DNA from: Myxococcota bacterium
GTDB taxonomy: Bacteria; Myxococcota_A; UBA796; GCA-2862545
Reading direction: 5' to 3'
NCBI GenBank assembly: GCA_039208735.1
Contig: JBCCQY010000015.1
Location: forward strand, 1-64,000
Length of the DNA stretch: 64,000 nt
The notes beneath the pieces are model-generated. The model was not told the origin of the DNA. It searched no databases and saw nothing but the letters and a program-made list of their open reading frames with translations. Made by a program: the position numbers and the translations under genes. Shown piece by piece: positions 30,122 to 43,763 of this stretch (positions are counted from its first letter, which is position 1; each line of letters begins with the position of its first letter).

Positions 30122-31014
30122 TGGACTTCGCGCTGCAACTCGACGCCGAAGGTCTCGTGGACGCGGGCTTGTACCGTCTCGATGACGGCCCGAATGTCAG
30201 CTGCGGTGGCGTTCCCTGCGTTCACCACGAAGTTTGCATGCTTTTCGCTGACCCGTGCCGCACCAATAGCGAACCCCTTGAGGCCCGCGGCGTCGATGAG
30301 CCGACCCGCGCTGTCTCCAGGGGGATTGCGGAACGTGGAACCACACGTGGGCACGTCAGTAGGCTGCGTGCGGGCACGATAGTCGAGGTGCTCCGCAATT
30401 TGAGCCCGGCTTTCCTCGGGATCGAGGTCCGTAAGCTCCATGTGGGCGGCCACCACGATGGCATCGGGGGGCAGTGTACAGTGCCGATAGGCAAACGCAA
30501 GTTGCTCGGGCGTCCAGCGGGCCTTGGACCCATCGCCACGCAGGACATCGACGTGGCGGACGCGATCGCCAATCTCGCCTAGCCGCGTGCCCGCATTCAT
30601 GCGGATCGCACCCCCTACGGTGCCGGGAACCCCTGCGACCATTTCGAGCCCGGTGTAGCCATCCCGTTGGGCCTGCCGCAGCAGGGAGACCAGCTTGAGG
30701 CCGCCCCCCAAGACCAGTCGTCCGGGCTCGGGAGCCTCGAGGCGAGCCAGGTCGCCCCCGAGCCGCACCACCAAGCCCGGGATGCCGCCATCGCCAATGA
30801 GCAAGTTGCTCGCATTGCCCAGCACGAACACCGGTACGTCATGCGCCCGGGTGACGCGAAGGGTTTCGGCGAGCTGCTCGACCGACGTGACCTCGGCGAA
30901 TGCTTCGGCCGGACCTCCCACGCGCCACCACGTCTTTTTGACGAGCGGCTCATCGAGCCGCACCGTCACTCCGGCCGCCCTCAAGGCTGCCGACCACTCG
31001 GATCGTAGGGTCAG
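30094..31014 (-). CDS. murB: UDP-N-acetylmuramate dehydrogenase (start either CTG 31014 or TTG 30984)
   Basis: WRVGGPAE, LGNASNLL, PGTVGGAIRMNAG, CGSTFRNP and SEKHANF motifs. Confidence 0.9.
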   Translation of the reverse strand: MTLRSEWSAALRAAGVTVRLDEPLVKKTWWRVGGPAEAFAEVTSVEQLAETLRVTRAHDVPVFVLGNASNLLIGDGGIPGLVVRLGGDLARLEAPEPGRLVLGGGLKLVSLLRQAQRDGYTGLEMVAGVPGTVGGAIRMNAGTRLGEIGDRVRHVDVLRGDGSKARWTPEQLAFAYRHCTLPPDAIVVAAHMELTDLDPEESRAQIAEHLDYRARTQPTDVPTCGSTFRNPPGDSAGRLIDAAGLKGFAIGAARVSEKHANFVVNAGNATAADIRAVIETVQARVHETFGVELQREVHYAGRFPAN

Positions 31015-31057
31015 ACCGACCTCCCGATGGTCCGGTTATCGCGCTCGGGGAGGCCAC

Positions 31058-31861
31058 ATGGCGATCGTGAGCATCATTGGGGCGGGCCGCATCGGAACCG
31101 CATTGGCGAGCCGAGCCGAAGCGGCGGGACAGCCGGTGGCCCTCATCACCCGGACCGAGGGTTGGGACCGCCTGTCGACCCGTGAAGGACCCATCCTCGT
31201 CGCCGTGCGCAACGATGGCCTCGCTGATGTGGTGGCACGGACGCCCGAGGCCCGGCGGGCCGATCTTGTGTTCCTGCAGAACGGGGCCATCCGCGACCGT
31301 CTTGCGCAACTCGGCGTCCCCGATGCTGACCGTGGGCTCATCTACTTCCTCGTGGCGCAACGCGGAGGGCCCGTCGTAGGAGGTCAGAAGAGTGTGTTTA
31401 CGGGCCGACATGCGGCGATGGTCGAGCACTGGTTCACGAGCCTAGGGCTTGCCGCTGAGGCGGTGCCGCGGGAGGCGTTCGCGGATTGGGAGTGGGAGAA
31501 GCACGTCTGGATCGCCGCCCACGGGGTCCTTTGCCCCGCCCTCGACGCGACGGTGGGAGAGATCGGCACCACGCATCGGGGGCATCTCGACACTCTCGTC
31601 GAGGAGTGGGCCGCGCTGGGGATAGCGGAATGGAACGTCCGTACGCCACCGCCGGCCCTCGTCGAACGACTTGTCATGTACTCGGCGGAGATTTCGGACT
31701 ACAAGCCATCGTTTAAGGCGTACGAAGACCGTAACGGCTGGTTTATCGCGGTGGCCGCCAAACATGGCCTTCCCGCCGACCGACATGTCGCATGGCTTGA
31801 GCGTGTGGATCCCGCGCTCGGAGACCGGGCCCGGGCCGAGCTCAAGACTCTCGGCCGCTGA
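31058..31861 (+). CDS. Rossmann-fold, ketopantoate-reductase-like protein
   Basis: IIGAGRIG, ILVAVRND, LVFLQNG and WEK motifs; GGAGG SD. Confidence 0.7.
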   Translation: MAIVSIIGAGRIGTALASRAEAAGQPVALITRTEGWDRLSTREGPILVAVRNDGLADVVARTPEARRADLVFLQNGAIRDRLAQLGVPDADRGLIYFLVAQRGGPVVGGQKSVFTGRHAAMVEHWFTSLGLAAEAVPREAFADWEWEKHVWIAAHGVLCPALDATVGEIGTTHRGHLDTLVEEWAALGIAEWNVRTPPPALVERLVMYSAEISDYKPSFKAYEDRNGWFIAVAAKHGLPADRHVAWLERVDPALGDRARAELKTLGR

Positions 31862-33179
31862 ACTGAACGTTCGCAAAGTGCATGGCGGGTGAGCGTACCG
31901 TCGACCAGGTCCATGGGTCGTTCGCGACCTCGACGAGGTTGTCGAGGATCGTGAGCAGGTTGCCCGCGACGTTCATTTCAGAGAGCGACTGCACAACTTC
32001 ACCATTTTCAAGCAGTAAGCCTTGGATGCCGAAGCTGAAGTCACCGGTCGTCGAGTTGCTGTTGCCGCCGAGGAAGCCCGTCACCAAGATGGCCTTGGGC
32101 AGCTCTTTGGCGATGTCCTCAAAGGAGCGGTCGCCGGGCTTGACCACCCAGTTGGACCGACCGCCCCCCGTGGGCTGAACGCCGAGCTTGCGAGAGTAGT
32201 ACAAGCCGATGTGGTAGTTCTTAAGAACGCCGTTTTCGATCATCGTGCGAGGCTTGGCCACAAGGCAGCTGCCATCCCACGGCCGCGATCCGAGGCCGCG
32301 AGGAATGGTGGGGTCGTCGGTGATCGTCAGGACGTCGCTCGCAATCTTGGTGTCGAGTCGCCCGTTGAGGCAGGAGCGGCCGTGGTGCAGCGCGCTGCCC
32401 GCCATCGGTCCTGACAGAATGGAGAGGATGCGCCCCGCCATTCGGTTCTCGACGAGCATCGAGTACTGTCCCGAGGCGGTGGGACTACTCCCCAGGCGCC
32501 GACGCACCCGTTCGGCCACGTCGGCCGCGATGAGATCGGGGTCGGGCAGATCGCCAAGGTGCCGCGCGGCATAGTAGGCTCCGGCCTCGGGCCGCTTGTC
32601 GCTTTCCGCCACCGTGGTCTGACCTCCGACGGTGAAGAAGGCACCGGCGGTACGGTCGGAGAACCCATTGGAAAGCACCTGGACGGCCTCGGACCGCCCA
32701 TCCGCGACGTAGGCCGTGGTTGAGATGCGCTCGGGTAGGTCGAGGGCCAGAATCGCTTCCTCAACCTGCGCACAGTGATCCGTCCGTTCGGTGGCGGTGC
32801 GGCGTCCCCACGCGGGGTCATCTTGGTCGAGGGCCGCTTCGCTGATGCCGCGGCCACATTGGTCGAGGTCGGGAAGTCGGCGGTACTCGTCGGGCTCGAT
32901 GTAGTCCGCGGTCTGGACACACCGCTGGATGAAGCTGTCGAGCGCCTTGGGGCGAAGGTCTGACGTGGAGTTCGACGTGTAGCGATCGCCCTTGGTGATC
33001 GCGAGCACCAGGCCCTGGGTGGTGGCTTCGGTGGCCTGCTCGGTTTGCCGCTCCCGACGCTGAATCGTCACGTGGGAGCCTCGGGAAGTAGCGACCGATG
33101 CCTCGGTTGCGCCGAGCTCAAGCGCCCGCTTCATCACGCGCTCGGCGAGCGGCTGAAGGTCCTCGTACTGCACCGTCAC
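31842..33179 (-). CDS. pmbA: PmbA/TldE protease subunit
   Basis: ITDDPTIPRGLGSRPWD, NSTTGDFSFG and SEMNVAGN motifs; GTGA overlap with tldD. Confidence 0.88.
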   Translation of the reverse strand: MTVQYEDLQPLAERVMKRALELGATEASVATSRGSHVTIQRRERQTEQATEATTQGLVLAITKGDRYTSNSTSDLRPKALDSFIQRCVQTADYIEPDEYRRLPDLDQCGRGISEAALDQDDPAWGRRTATERTDHCAQVEEAILALDLPERISTTAYVADGRSEAVQVLSNGFSDRTAGAFFTVGGQTTVAESDKRPEAGAYYAARHLGDLPDPDLIAADVAERVRRRLGSSPTASGQYSMLVENRMAGRILSILSGPMAGSALHHGRSCLNGRLDTKIASDVLTITDDPTIPRGLGSRPWDGSCLVAKPRTMIENGVLKNYHIGLYYSRKLGVQPTGGGRSNWVVKPGDRSFEDIAKELPKAILVTGFLGGNSNSTTGDFSFGIQGLLLENGEVVQSLSEMNVAGNLLTILDNLVEVANDPWTWSTVRSPAMHFANVQFSGRES

Positions 33180-34612
33180 GACTTGCTTCCCCCGACCGAG
33201 AGGTTGCCGACCAGCACGGTAGGCATGCCTTGGCTGACCGGCACTCCCTGCCCGTCCTTGCCGCAGGTCCAGCCGCCTTCGTCGATCACGAGGTCGTTTC
33301 CGACCATTTGGATGGCCTCGAGCACGTCAGGCCCGTTGCCAATGAGGTTCACGTCCTTGATGGGCGTAGTGAGTTTGCCGTCTTCGATGAGCTGACCATG
33401 ACGGACGTAAAACGAGAAGTCTCCCGCGCCGATCTGCACCGCACCATTGCCAAAGACCTCGCAATAGATGCCCTTCTTGACGGATTTCACGATCTCTTCG
33501 GGGTCGTGGGGTCCGGGTTCCATGTAGGTGGAACGCATGCGCGGCATGATGGGATGACGGAATGACTCGCGTCGCCCGCTGCCCGTGGGGTTGACCCCGT
33601 AGTGACGCGCTGAAATGCGGTCGTGGAGGTAGGACCGCAGGACCCCTCGCTCGACGAGAACCGTGCGCTCGACGGGCGACCCCTCGTCGTCGACGTTGAT
33701 GCTGCCTCGAGCGTGTGCGAGCGTGGCGTCGTCGACCACCGTCACGTGCTCGTTGGCGACCGGCTGCCCCATCTTGCTCGCGTAAATGCTGATGTTCTTC
33801 CGGTTGAAATCCGCTTCCATGCCGTGGCCAATCGCCTCGTGGAGGAGCACCCCGGCCGACCCCGCCGCCAACACCACGGGCATTTCACCGGCTGGGGCCG
33901 CCTCGGCATCGAGTGCGCGCAGGGCGTAGTTCACCGCGCGGTCGACCATCCGTTCCTGGCGATCGGGGTCGTAGTACGACAGGTCGTGGCGCGCGGCGAC
34001 GTTGTAGCTACCGGACTCTCGAACCTCGCCCCGCTTGGCCGTCGCGGTCACGTTGGCGAATGTCATGGGGCGATAGTCGGCGATCACCGTGCCGTCAGCA
34101 CGGGCGATGAGCACGTACTTGTCCGCGTCGCCCATCGAGACCTGGACCTTCTCGATGAGGTCGCTCTTCGCAAACGCACGCTGCTCCCAATCCCGAATCA
34201 TGGGCACGCGAACCGAAAGCTCGACGTCGGACCACGATCGGTTGACAGGGTAGAAATCGGGGCGAGACTTGTTCAGCTCGATGGCGATGGGGCCATGGCC
34301 GTGCCCCGTGTGGGCGATCGCGCGCGCGGTACGAGCGGCGCGCAGCAGCCGATCTTTTGAGAGGTCTTCGGTGTAGGCGTAGCCGACCTGATCTCCGACC
34401 ACGACACGCACCCCCATGCCAAGGTCGATGCTGGTGTGGGCCCGGTCGACCACTCCGTCGGACAACCCCACGGCCGTGGACAACGAGTGCTCGAAGTACA
34501 ATTCCGCGTCATCGGCGCCTTGGGCCGTGGCCTCCGCCAGCACGATCTTGAGGGTGTCCTCGTCGATCCCGAACTGCTGGAACCAGGTGAGCGGGGAAGG
34601 ATTGGGTGACAT
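33176..34612 (-). CDS. tldD: TldD metalloprotease
   Basis: LLHEAIGHGMEAD, DDEG, GRRESF..PRM and CGKDGQGVPV motifs. Confidence 0.92.
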   Translation of the reverse strand: MSPNPSPLTWFQQFGIDEDTLKIVLAEATAQGADDAELYFEHSLSTAVGLSDGVVDRAHTSIDLGMGVRVVVGDQVGYAYTEDLSKDRLLRAARTARAIAHTGHGHGPIAIELNKSRPDFYPVNRSWSDVELSVRVPMIRDWEQRAFAKSDLIEKVQVSMGDADKYVLIARADGTVIADYRPMTFANVTATAKRGEVRESGSYNVAARHDLSYYDPDRQERMVDRAVNYALRALDAEAAPAGEMPVVLAAGSAGVLLHEAIGHGMEADFNRKNISIYASKMGQPVANEHVTVVDDATLAHARGSINVDDEGSPVERTVLVERGVLRSYLHDRISARHYGVNPTGSGRRESFRHPIMPRMRSTYMEPGPHDPEEIVKSVKKGIYCEVFGNGAVQIGAGDFSFYVRHGQLIEDGKLTTPIKDVNLIGNGPDVLEAIQMVGNDLVIDEGGWTCGKDGQGVPVSQGMPTVLVGNLSVGGSKS

Positions 34613-34661
34613 TCATGCTCCTTGTCGCTCGGTAACCAGACGCCTTGTCAAAGGAGGCACC

Positions 34662-35159
34662 TTGTCGCGCTGGCTTCCGCTCGTTGCGATCTCCCTCGGA
34701 ATCTTGTTCGCGGGAATTGGCGCTCGAGCCTACTTTCTCCTCGGCGGTGAGCGTCGGTGCGAAGACTTCGTCGATGTGACCCTCGAAACGCTTCCGGCCG
34801 ATCCGGCGTGTGTTCGTTTGAAGGGTCAAGCCCATTACGACGTAGTCCTGAAGGAATTCACGCCGGGTAACGCATTTGTCGATGAACAAACGGTGCACCT
34901 TTTTCCGTTGTTCCCGGTTGATGGGCTCGACGAGCGCGGCATTCGCGTGCTTGTGCGCACGGAGCGCGTTCCTGAACGCCTTGTGAACCTAGAGACGATG
35001 ACCCTATCGGGTCGACTGTCCCCGATGACCACGGCTGATGTGCCGATCGGGGCCGAAGCCCAGCTCGGTCGAAGTGGCGGCTACTTCTTCGAGGACTTCG
35101 CCATGGTCCTCGTGCCCGATGAAGTCCGGTCGGGAGACGACGTCTGGGTGCGGCCGTGA
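34662..35159 (+). CDS. Hypothetical membrane-anchored protein
   Basis: AAGGAGG SD followed by TTG; N-terminal hydrophobic segment. Confidence 0.65.
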   Translation: MSRWLPLVAISLGILFAGIGARAYFLLGGERRCEDFVDVTLETLPADPACVRLKGQAHYDVVLKEFTPGNAFVDEQTVHLFPLFPVDGLDERGIRVLVRTERVPERLVNLETMTLSGRLSPMTTADVPIGAEAQLGRSGGYFFEDFAMVLVPDEVRSGDDVWVRP

Positions 35160-35160
35160 T

Positions 35161-36384
35161 TCAGCCCGCCCAGGAGTAGACGGCAATCACCACGATGAGG
35201 AGTGCAGCGACGCTCCCCGCTACCCACACCGCGAGGGGGACGGCCTCTCGCTCGGGCTGTCCCTGCGCCGCCGCGGAGATGGGGCGAGCGGGGGTGGCGT
35301 CCCGCTTGACGGGCTCGACCGTCTCAAGCTCAGGCGCGATGGGACGAACCGCACCACGGAGCGAGCTGGAAGGAGTCGGGGCAGACAGGTCGGGGGAGAC
35401 CACCGCGGCATCGCCAGAGCCGTCGGTCTCGTCGTCGACCTCGGTGGCGAGTTCCGCCTGCACATCTTCGAGACCCAGCTGCACACCGAGTTCTTCGAGG
35501 ACGTCGCGAATGGCCAGGGCCAGCTCACGCACATTCGCGTACCGCCGCAGCGGGCTGCGGGCGGTGGCCCGTTCGAACACCTCGATGAGCGAGGCGGGGT
35601 GGTCGGCCATCGCATCGATGGGCACGTCGTTCATCACCCTCGACACGGCCTCCTGAATGTTCTTTGCATCCGAGACGTGTTTGCCCGTGACCAAGAAGTG
35701 CAGGATGAGCCCAAGGCAGTAGACATCGGAGCGCACCTCGATGCGGTCGACGCCGAGCAAGTGTTCGGGTGAAGCGTAGCGTGGGGTTGCCACGACTGCG
35801 GGTTTGCCCTCGATTTCAACGGGGTTCGCGATCAAGGCCACCGTGCCGAAATCGGTGACCAACGGCACCCAAGTTTCGGGCTCGCGGGCGTTGCCACGGA
35901 TCATCACGTTTTCAGGCTTGATGTCGCCGTGGACAATGCCCTTTTCGTGCAGGTAGTCGATGCCCTGCAGGATCTTGAGGAACAAGTCGAGAGCGATGGT
36001 CAGCGGTACGCCATTGCGAAAGTCGCGATTGACGATCTTTTCGACGGTTTGGCCGCCTTTGATGAGGTCGAGCACCAGCGCAATGCGACCTTCATTTTCG
36101 ACGAGTTCGCGCGCGGACAGCACGTGGGGATGCTTAAGACGCGTGCCAACAAGCCCTTCTTCGTTGAAGCGGGTTCGCCAACCATCGTCCGCGTGAAGTT
36201 CGGGATGCAGGACCTTTAAGGCGACCGTGTTGCCGTAGATGCTGTCGGTCGCCACGTAGACCTGGCCCATTCCGCCCTTTCCGATCAGCCCCTGCACCGT
36301 ATAGGTGCCGAACTGGAAGTCGTCAGGAAGCCTCGGGTGCTCCTTCCGTTTTCTTCGGTAGGGTTGGGCGGACAGGCCGTTCAA
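35161..36384 (-). CDS. Hanks-type Ser/Thr protein kinase with a C-terminal TM anchor
   Basis: GKGGMGQV, VALK, HGDIKPEN, DFG, YASPE and SDVYCLG motifs; terminal hydrophobic helix. Confidence 0.92.
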   Translation of the reverse strand: MNGLSAQPYRRKRKEHPRLPDDFQFGTYTVQGLIGKGGMGQVYVATDSIYGNTVALKVLHPELHADDGWRTRFNEEGLVGTRLKHPHVLSARELVENEGRIALVLDLIKGGQTVEKIVNRDFRNGVPLTIALDLFLKILQGIDYLHEKGIVHGDIKPENVMIRGNAREPETWVPLVTDFGTVALIANPVEIEGKPAVVATPRYASPEHLLGVDRIEVRSDVYCLGLILHFLVTGKHVSDAKNIQEAVSRVMNDVPIDAMADHPASLIEVFERATARSPLRRYANVRELALAIRDVLEELGVQLGLEDVQAELATEVDDETDGSGDAAVVSPDLSAPTPSSSLRGAVRPIAPELETVEPVKRDATPARPISAAAQGQPEREAVPLAVWVAGSVAALLIVVIAVYSWAG

Positions 36385-37070
36385 CGGGGCAACCTCACGG
36401 CGAGAACGGTGCCCTCGGGCACGTCCTCGAACAAAACCTGTCCCCCATGTACCTCAATGACGCTGCGAGCGAAGGTCAAACCCGAAGCTGCGACGGGGAG
36501 TCGTTGCTGGCGGAGCTCGACGGCACCGTAGGGCTCGAAGATCCGAGCGCGCTGGTGGGGTGCGATCGTCGCACCGGGGAGGTGGATCCGCACCACATGC
36601 GAATGATCGTACTCTTCGGCATCCACCAACAGCTGACGCCGGCCGTCCACGAGGCGTCGGGCATTCAGGAAGAGGTCGGTGAACGTACGCTGCAACGCCA
36701 CCCGATCCCCATTCATCTGCAACTCACGGGGCAACTGGAATCGGACGTGGCGTCGGAGCGCCGGCCGGTCACACGACTCTCGCAAGACGTTCACCAAGTC
36801 AATGGGGAACCAGGTGTAGTCAGCGTCACGACCCTCCATCATCACAAAGGAGCGCATCCCCTCCATGAGGACCGACGCGAGATCGGCGGCCTCGAGGATG
36901 TCGATGATGTCTTGCCGTTGCTCGGGATCGTGGACTTGGTCGCGCAGCATCTCCGCCAGGATGCGGATCGCCGTCAGCGGATTGTTGAGATCGTGCGTCA
37001 GCAAACGCAGACCATCCGATCGAAGTGCATTGGGATCCCTGCCCATAAACGGCACCGGGTCTTCGTCCAT
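36381..37070 (-). CDS. Sensor-less HisKA/HATPase-like protein with degenerate G boxes
   Basis: H-box LTHDLNNPLTAI; N-box DLFLNAR; IFEPY; G1 replaced by HLPGATI; G2 read as ASGL; ends VHGG. Confidence 0.8.
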   Translation of the reverse strand: MDEDPVPFMGRDPNALRSDGLRLLTHDLNNPLTAIRILAEMLRDQVHDPEQRQDIIDILEAADLASVLMEGMRSFVMMEGRDADYTWFPIDLVNVLRESCDRPALRRHVRFQLPRELQMNGDRVALQRTFTDLFLNARRLVDGRRQLLVDAEEYDHSHVVRIHLPGATIAPHQRARIFEPYGAVELRQQRLPVAASGLTFARSVIEVHGGQVLFEDVPEGTVLAVRLPR

Positions 37071-37127
37071 TCCCCCTCCCGAGCAGACCTTCGGCTGGAC
37101 CACCTCAGACGGTCCACCCAAGGAACC

Positions 37128-38111
37128 CTACCGCGGATGGGCGCGAGCCTGATCCCAAAAGCGCATCTGGGCGGGCGGCAATCGCGGACGATCCGGTGGA
37201 TGCCCCCCCGCGGTCCCCAACCCGGCCACCGGGCGGCCGGCCAGGCTGTCAACGACGTATTGGCCAAACGCCAGCGTGACGCCAAGGACCAGGGCGAGCA
37301 ACAACCGGTTGGCAAAGCCACGAGCCCAGCTCTCATCGCCGCCGTCGGGCTGGGCAAGCCACTGCTGAAAAAACCGATCCGCGAGCACCCAACCGCCCAC
37401 CGCCAGGAGGCAGATGCGCGGAATCCAGCCGATCGCGGCCAGTGCGACGCCACCTACGAATCCAATGGCAAGGCAGGCTCGAGCGGCAAGCAACGTGGTG
37501 CGAGGGCCGTGGGTCACGACCAGGGTGCGATAGCCCCGTGCCCGATCTTCTTCGCCCTGAAAGGCCTGGGCAGCAAAGTAGGCCCCCAACACGCCGAACG
37601 AACCCAGGGCCCACAACACAACGGTGCGAGGGTTGAGGGCCACGTCCGCCACCGCCCAACCGGCGAGCGGCGAGAGGATGCCGTAGCCAAACCAGTTGAC
37701 GAAGGGTCCTCCGATGGGGTGGGCCTTCCAAAGCGTCGCGGGGTGGGAGTAGAGCACGGCGAGAACGGCGCAGAGAGCTGCGGCCAGGCCGGAAATCGGA
37801 TTTGCGAAGGCCGCGATGGCCACTGATGTAGCGAGGCCCGCGTAGCCAAGCGCGGCGGTGAACGGTGGCGGCGGTACCGCCTCGCCCATTAGGACCTCGC
37901 CTTCGTCCCGGTCGACGGCCGCATTGAGCCACAGGGTGCCCGCGTGCAACCACCACCACGCCGAGGCCACCGCCAAGAACGCGCCGGGGTGTTGGGTGGG
38001 CAGCGCGCGATCCCAGTGTGCGTAGGCCCATCCCAAGAAGGGCAGAAGCATGACGAAGGGCGCGAGTTTCGGGCGGGAGAGCAACCACCAGGCACGCAAC
38101 GTTTCGGTCAC
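37128..38111 (-). CDS. UbiA-family prenyltransferase
   Basis: LLSRPK start, NAAVDRDEG, YSHP..KAHP and QGEEDRARG motifs; multiple TM segments. Confidence 0.75.
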   Translation of the reverse strand: MTETLRAWWLLSRPKLAPFVMLLPFLGWAYAHWDRALPTQHPGAFLAVASAWWWLHAGTLWLNAAVDRDEGEVLMGEAVPPPPFTAALGYAGLATSVAIAAFANPISGLAAALCAVLAVLYSHPATLWKAHPIGGPFVNWFGYGILSPLAGWAVADVALNPRTVVLWALGSFGVLGAYFAAQAFQGEEDRARGYRTLVVTHGPRTTLLAARACLAIGFVGGVALAAIGWIPRICLLAVGGWVLADRFFQQWLAQPDGGDESWARGFANRLLLALVLGVTLAFGQYVVDSLAGRPVAGLGTAGGHPPDRPRLPPAQMRFWDQARAHPR

Positions 38112-38949
38112 GGAGCGAGCCCCTCCAGCACCAGCGGGGTGTCGCGGCCGTCATTGAAGGCGGCGAGTTCCGCTCTTGTGAACGGATCGGGGCCGTCCTG
38201 CACCACGGCTTCCACGAAGTTGACGATCGCCTGGCGCACGCGTCGCCCCCAGACGGTGTCGGTGCGACTGTCCCAATGGTCGAGGATCGCTTGCCGACGG
38301 GCGGCGTAGGTCTTCAGGCGCGGTCCCTTGGCAAGCGGGGTGCCGGTCTCCCAGAGGGCCTCGAGTCGATCGGGCAGTTCAGCGGCTCGCCGCGCGGTTT
38401 CGAGATCCGCGATGCGGTCTCCGAGCGTCTGGACTTTGGGTTCGAGCTGGGCCACGGTGCGACTTTGGGTTCCCATCCACCGTCGGCGCGAGACGGTGGC
38501 GCCATACACACGAATGCAGGCCCAGGGGTAGACGAAGCAGCCCAGCCAAGCCCCGACCGAGTTTTGACGTTTGGCCCAGGGAACGGAGCGGCCCTCCACC
38601 CGGAGCTTCTGGCGCTTGACCTGCATCCACCCATCGTCGTGGAGCACCACCTCGCCATACCAGGCCGCGGGGTGCCGGTAGACCACACGGTCCCCCTGAT
38701 CTTTGACCTCGTAGCCGTACCCCAGTTCCTCGATGGTCTCGACGACTTCTCGGCGGGCCTGATCCACAAGTCGCTCCCCGTACACGACCACTTCGGCGGT
38801 GGGGGCCCCTTCCAGCACGACAAGTTCCTCGACCGAAGGCTCCGGCTCGGCCTCGACGTCCTCATCCGCTTCTGGGGCGGGATCTTCAGCCGGAGCCGGC
38901 TCCGAGACCTCGGTCGCAGGCTGGGCAAAAGCAGACCACCAACCGACGA

Positions 38950-38959
<10 letters not shown>
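38108..38959 (-). CDS. Hypothetical secreted protein
   Basis: MVLIVGWWSAFA-Q signal, acidic linker, EVVVYGER; GTGA overlap with the UbiA gene. Confidence 0.7.
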
Positions 38960-43601
<4,642 letters not shown>

Positions 43602-43763
43602 GCCGGAGCCGTCCTCACCGTTGGTCGGTTCTACAATGCAACATGATATGGCCTGGGTCTGACCGCATGGTCACGATCGCCACCGTCCGACGCACGTTAC
43701 CCGATCGTACCCTTGCATCCGCAGCCCATTCCTGTACCCTGCCGCAGCCATGGGGAGGGCGAT

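Noticed and set aside
31842..34612. TldD/PmbA as part of a RiPP cluster
   Set aside because: No precursor peptide, YcaO or transporter nearby; this looks like the housekeeping pair.
43632..43648. TACAAT (+) and TATCAT (-) as divergent -10 boxes
   Set aside because: Plausible, but there is no recognisable -35, so support is too weak to list as a feature.
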